A stretch of DNA of 63,171 nt, counting the filler, from Basidiobolus ranarum (Eukaryota): NCBI GenBank assembly GCA_040143965.1. It is 38 parts of 38 records of this genome, joined end to end, with 100 filler letters (N's around TTAATTAATTAA, not from the genome) between each part and the next. Parts side by side here need not be neighbours in the genome. Positions count along the whole stretch, not along the records: positions 61,615 to 63,171 come from JASJQH010004846.1; 37 more parts are not named here. One strand, written 5' to 3'. The notes under the pieces are model-generated. The model was not told the DNA's origin. It searched no databases and saw only the letters and a program-made list of their open reading frames with translations. This document shows, piece after piece, positions 61,762 through 63,171 of the stretch. The translations under genes and the position numbers were made by a program. Every line of letters starts with the position of its first letter. Position 1 is the first letter of the stretch.

Positions 61762-62806
61762 TCCGTTTACCCCCCCCCGAAAGGGCTTTATAGTTGCCAG
61801 GGGGGCCCCGACCCCGACTGAACTAAACCCCCCCCCCCAGGGGGGGGAAGTACCCTCTCCCGAGGTTTCGCTCGTGGCGAAGAGCCAAAGGATCCCCGGG
61901 CGCCCCCTACCCTCCCCTCTGGGGGGGGGGTTTGCTCGGACCCCCCCCTTCGGTCGCATCTGGGGGCTCCCCCCCCCTATCCCCCTAGGGGAGGGGGGGG
62001 AGACTTCCCGGTTTTCCCCCCCCCCGTTTGGCCCCCCTGTTTCGCCTCCCGCCCCCCTTTTTTCAGGGGCTTCGGCAGGTGCGAAGGGGGGGGATTTTTA
62101 TACTCTGGAAGGGGCCGGGTGGTGCCGCGCGCCCCCCCCCCCCCCCCCCCCCCCCGCGCGGGGCCCGGCGGGGGGGGGGCCCCCGGGGGGCGGCACCCGC
62201 CCCCCCCGGGGGGGGGTAGGATGGGGGCCCCCCCGATCCCTTCCTCCCCCCTCCCCGGTTCGGGGGGGAAACACAAGGGGGGGAAGCACTGCATGGGGGG
62301 GCTCCCATCCGGCTACGCACGGAGGGGGGGGGAGCTGAGGAGGGGGGGAAGGGGAAGCACAGGGGGGAGTGGCCAAAATGGGGGGGGGGTTTGGGTGGGG
62401 CCTACGGGGCAATTAAATTCCCCCCCCCTCCAAAGGGGGGGGGGCGGGGGGTCGGTATAAATCCCCCCCCCCGTCCCGGGGGGGGGGGGTGGGGGGGGGG
62501 GGGGGGCCGGCCCCCCCGGCCCCCCCCCCCGCGCCCCTCCCCCCCCCCCCCCCCGGGGGCGTCCTACGCCCCCCCCCCCCCCGGGGGGGGGGAAGTACAG
62601 CCCTGTGGATTGGCCGGTTTCCCATTAGCGGGTGGCCATCCTCCCCGGTCCCCTCGTTTTAATAGCCCCCCCCTCCGTAGCCCCCTCTGTCCGAAACAGG
62701 GGGGGGGGCAACGGGGGATGGGGGGGGGGCAATAGGGGGGCCCGTTCGGGAGTGTGGGCCCCTCCCTCAGTATAGGGAGGGGCCATTGGAGGGGGGGGGA
62801 ACTCAA

Positions 62807-62880
62807 GCACCTTTAGCTTAATAGGATAGAGCGTCGGTCTTCGAAACCGTAGGTTGCCCGTTCAAATCGGGCAGGGTGCT
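62807..62880 (+). tRNA. trnR: tRNA-Arg(TCG), mitochondrial type
   Basis: Acceptor GCACCTT/AGGGTGC, D arm GCTT..GAGC, anticodon loop CTTCGAA in stem CGGT/ACCG, T arm GCCCG-TTCAAAT-CGGGC. Confidence 0.85.
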
Positions 62881-63171
62881 GAACATTCCCCTCCCTCGGG
62901 GGAGCCTTTGTACGATCGGGCCGACCCCCCCTATCCAGGGGGGGGCCTTTCCAAATTATCCAATCTCCTTTCCATTATCGCTCAGGGGGGGACAAATCTG
63001 GGGCCTCCCCAACACGACCAAAGCGGGGGGGGGGAGATGATGAGTTTACGGGTGCCCCCACTTGGTAGGGAGAGGGAAACCTCCCCCCCCCTGTTTTATA
63101 CTGGCTGCATTGAACCAATGGGGCGAAGCACAGGGGAATAAAATAATGGGCGAAGCACGGAGGCCCCCCGC

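Larger units (their letters stand above)
61615..63171. other. Probable mitochondrial DNA fragment: G/C homopolymer-rich palindromic spacers around two tRNA genes
   Basis: Two organellar-type tRNAs on the same strand. The rest is runs of G and C forming many short inverted repeats, with no credible protein. Confidence 0.6.

Noticed and set aside
61726-63141. Many Gly/Pro-rich ORFs in the last contig
   Set aside because: They are by-products of G/C homopolymers lacking stop codons, overlap in all frames, and some overlap tRNAs.

Overview
This window is not one locus. It is 38 unplaced contigs of about 1.56-1.57 kb, sorted by decreasing length and joined by an artificial 100-nt linker (N44-TTAATTAATTAA-N44), so nothing can be inferred across linkers. 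The content is eukaryotic and looks like an early-diverging (zygomycete-type) fungus; the species cannot be determined here. About two thirds is decayed, CpG-depleted, nested transposon DNA: several Ty1/copia families, Ty3/gypsy fragments, an abundant two-gene CACTA/EnSpm element with CCCTAACA ends, and a TA-targeting ISL2EU/IS5-like element. Host gene fragments include a PAS protein, probable tandem POT/PTR transporters, a CBM19 C-terminus, malate synthase, a Gly/Asn repeat protein and a degenerate tRNA-Pro. The highlights are: (1) tandem secreted KEX2-type precursor genes encoding many copies of His-containing peptides HNG(EK/QQ)HVASVE; (2) an intron-containing, internally deleted Fanzor1 (TnpB-like RNA-guided nuclease) remnant; (3) an AT-rich, foreign-looking contig with two kinds of repeat arrays; (4) a probable mitochondrial fragment with two tRNAs embedded in extreme G/C homopolymer palindromes. 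Family assignments come from motif recognition by eye, not database searches, and many TE boundaries are approximate.
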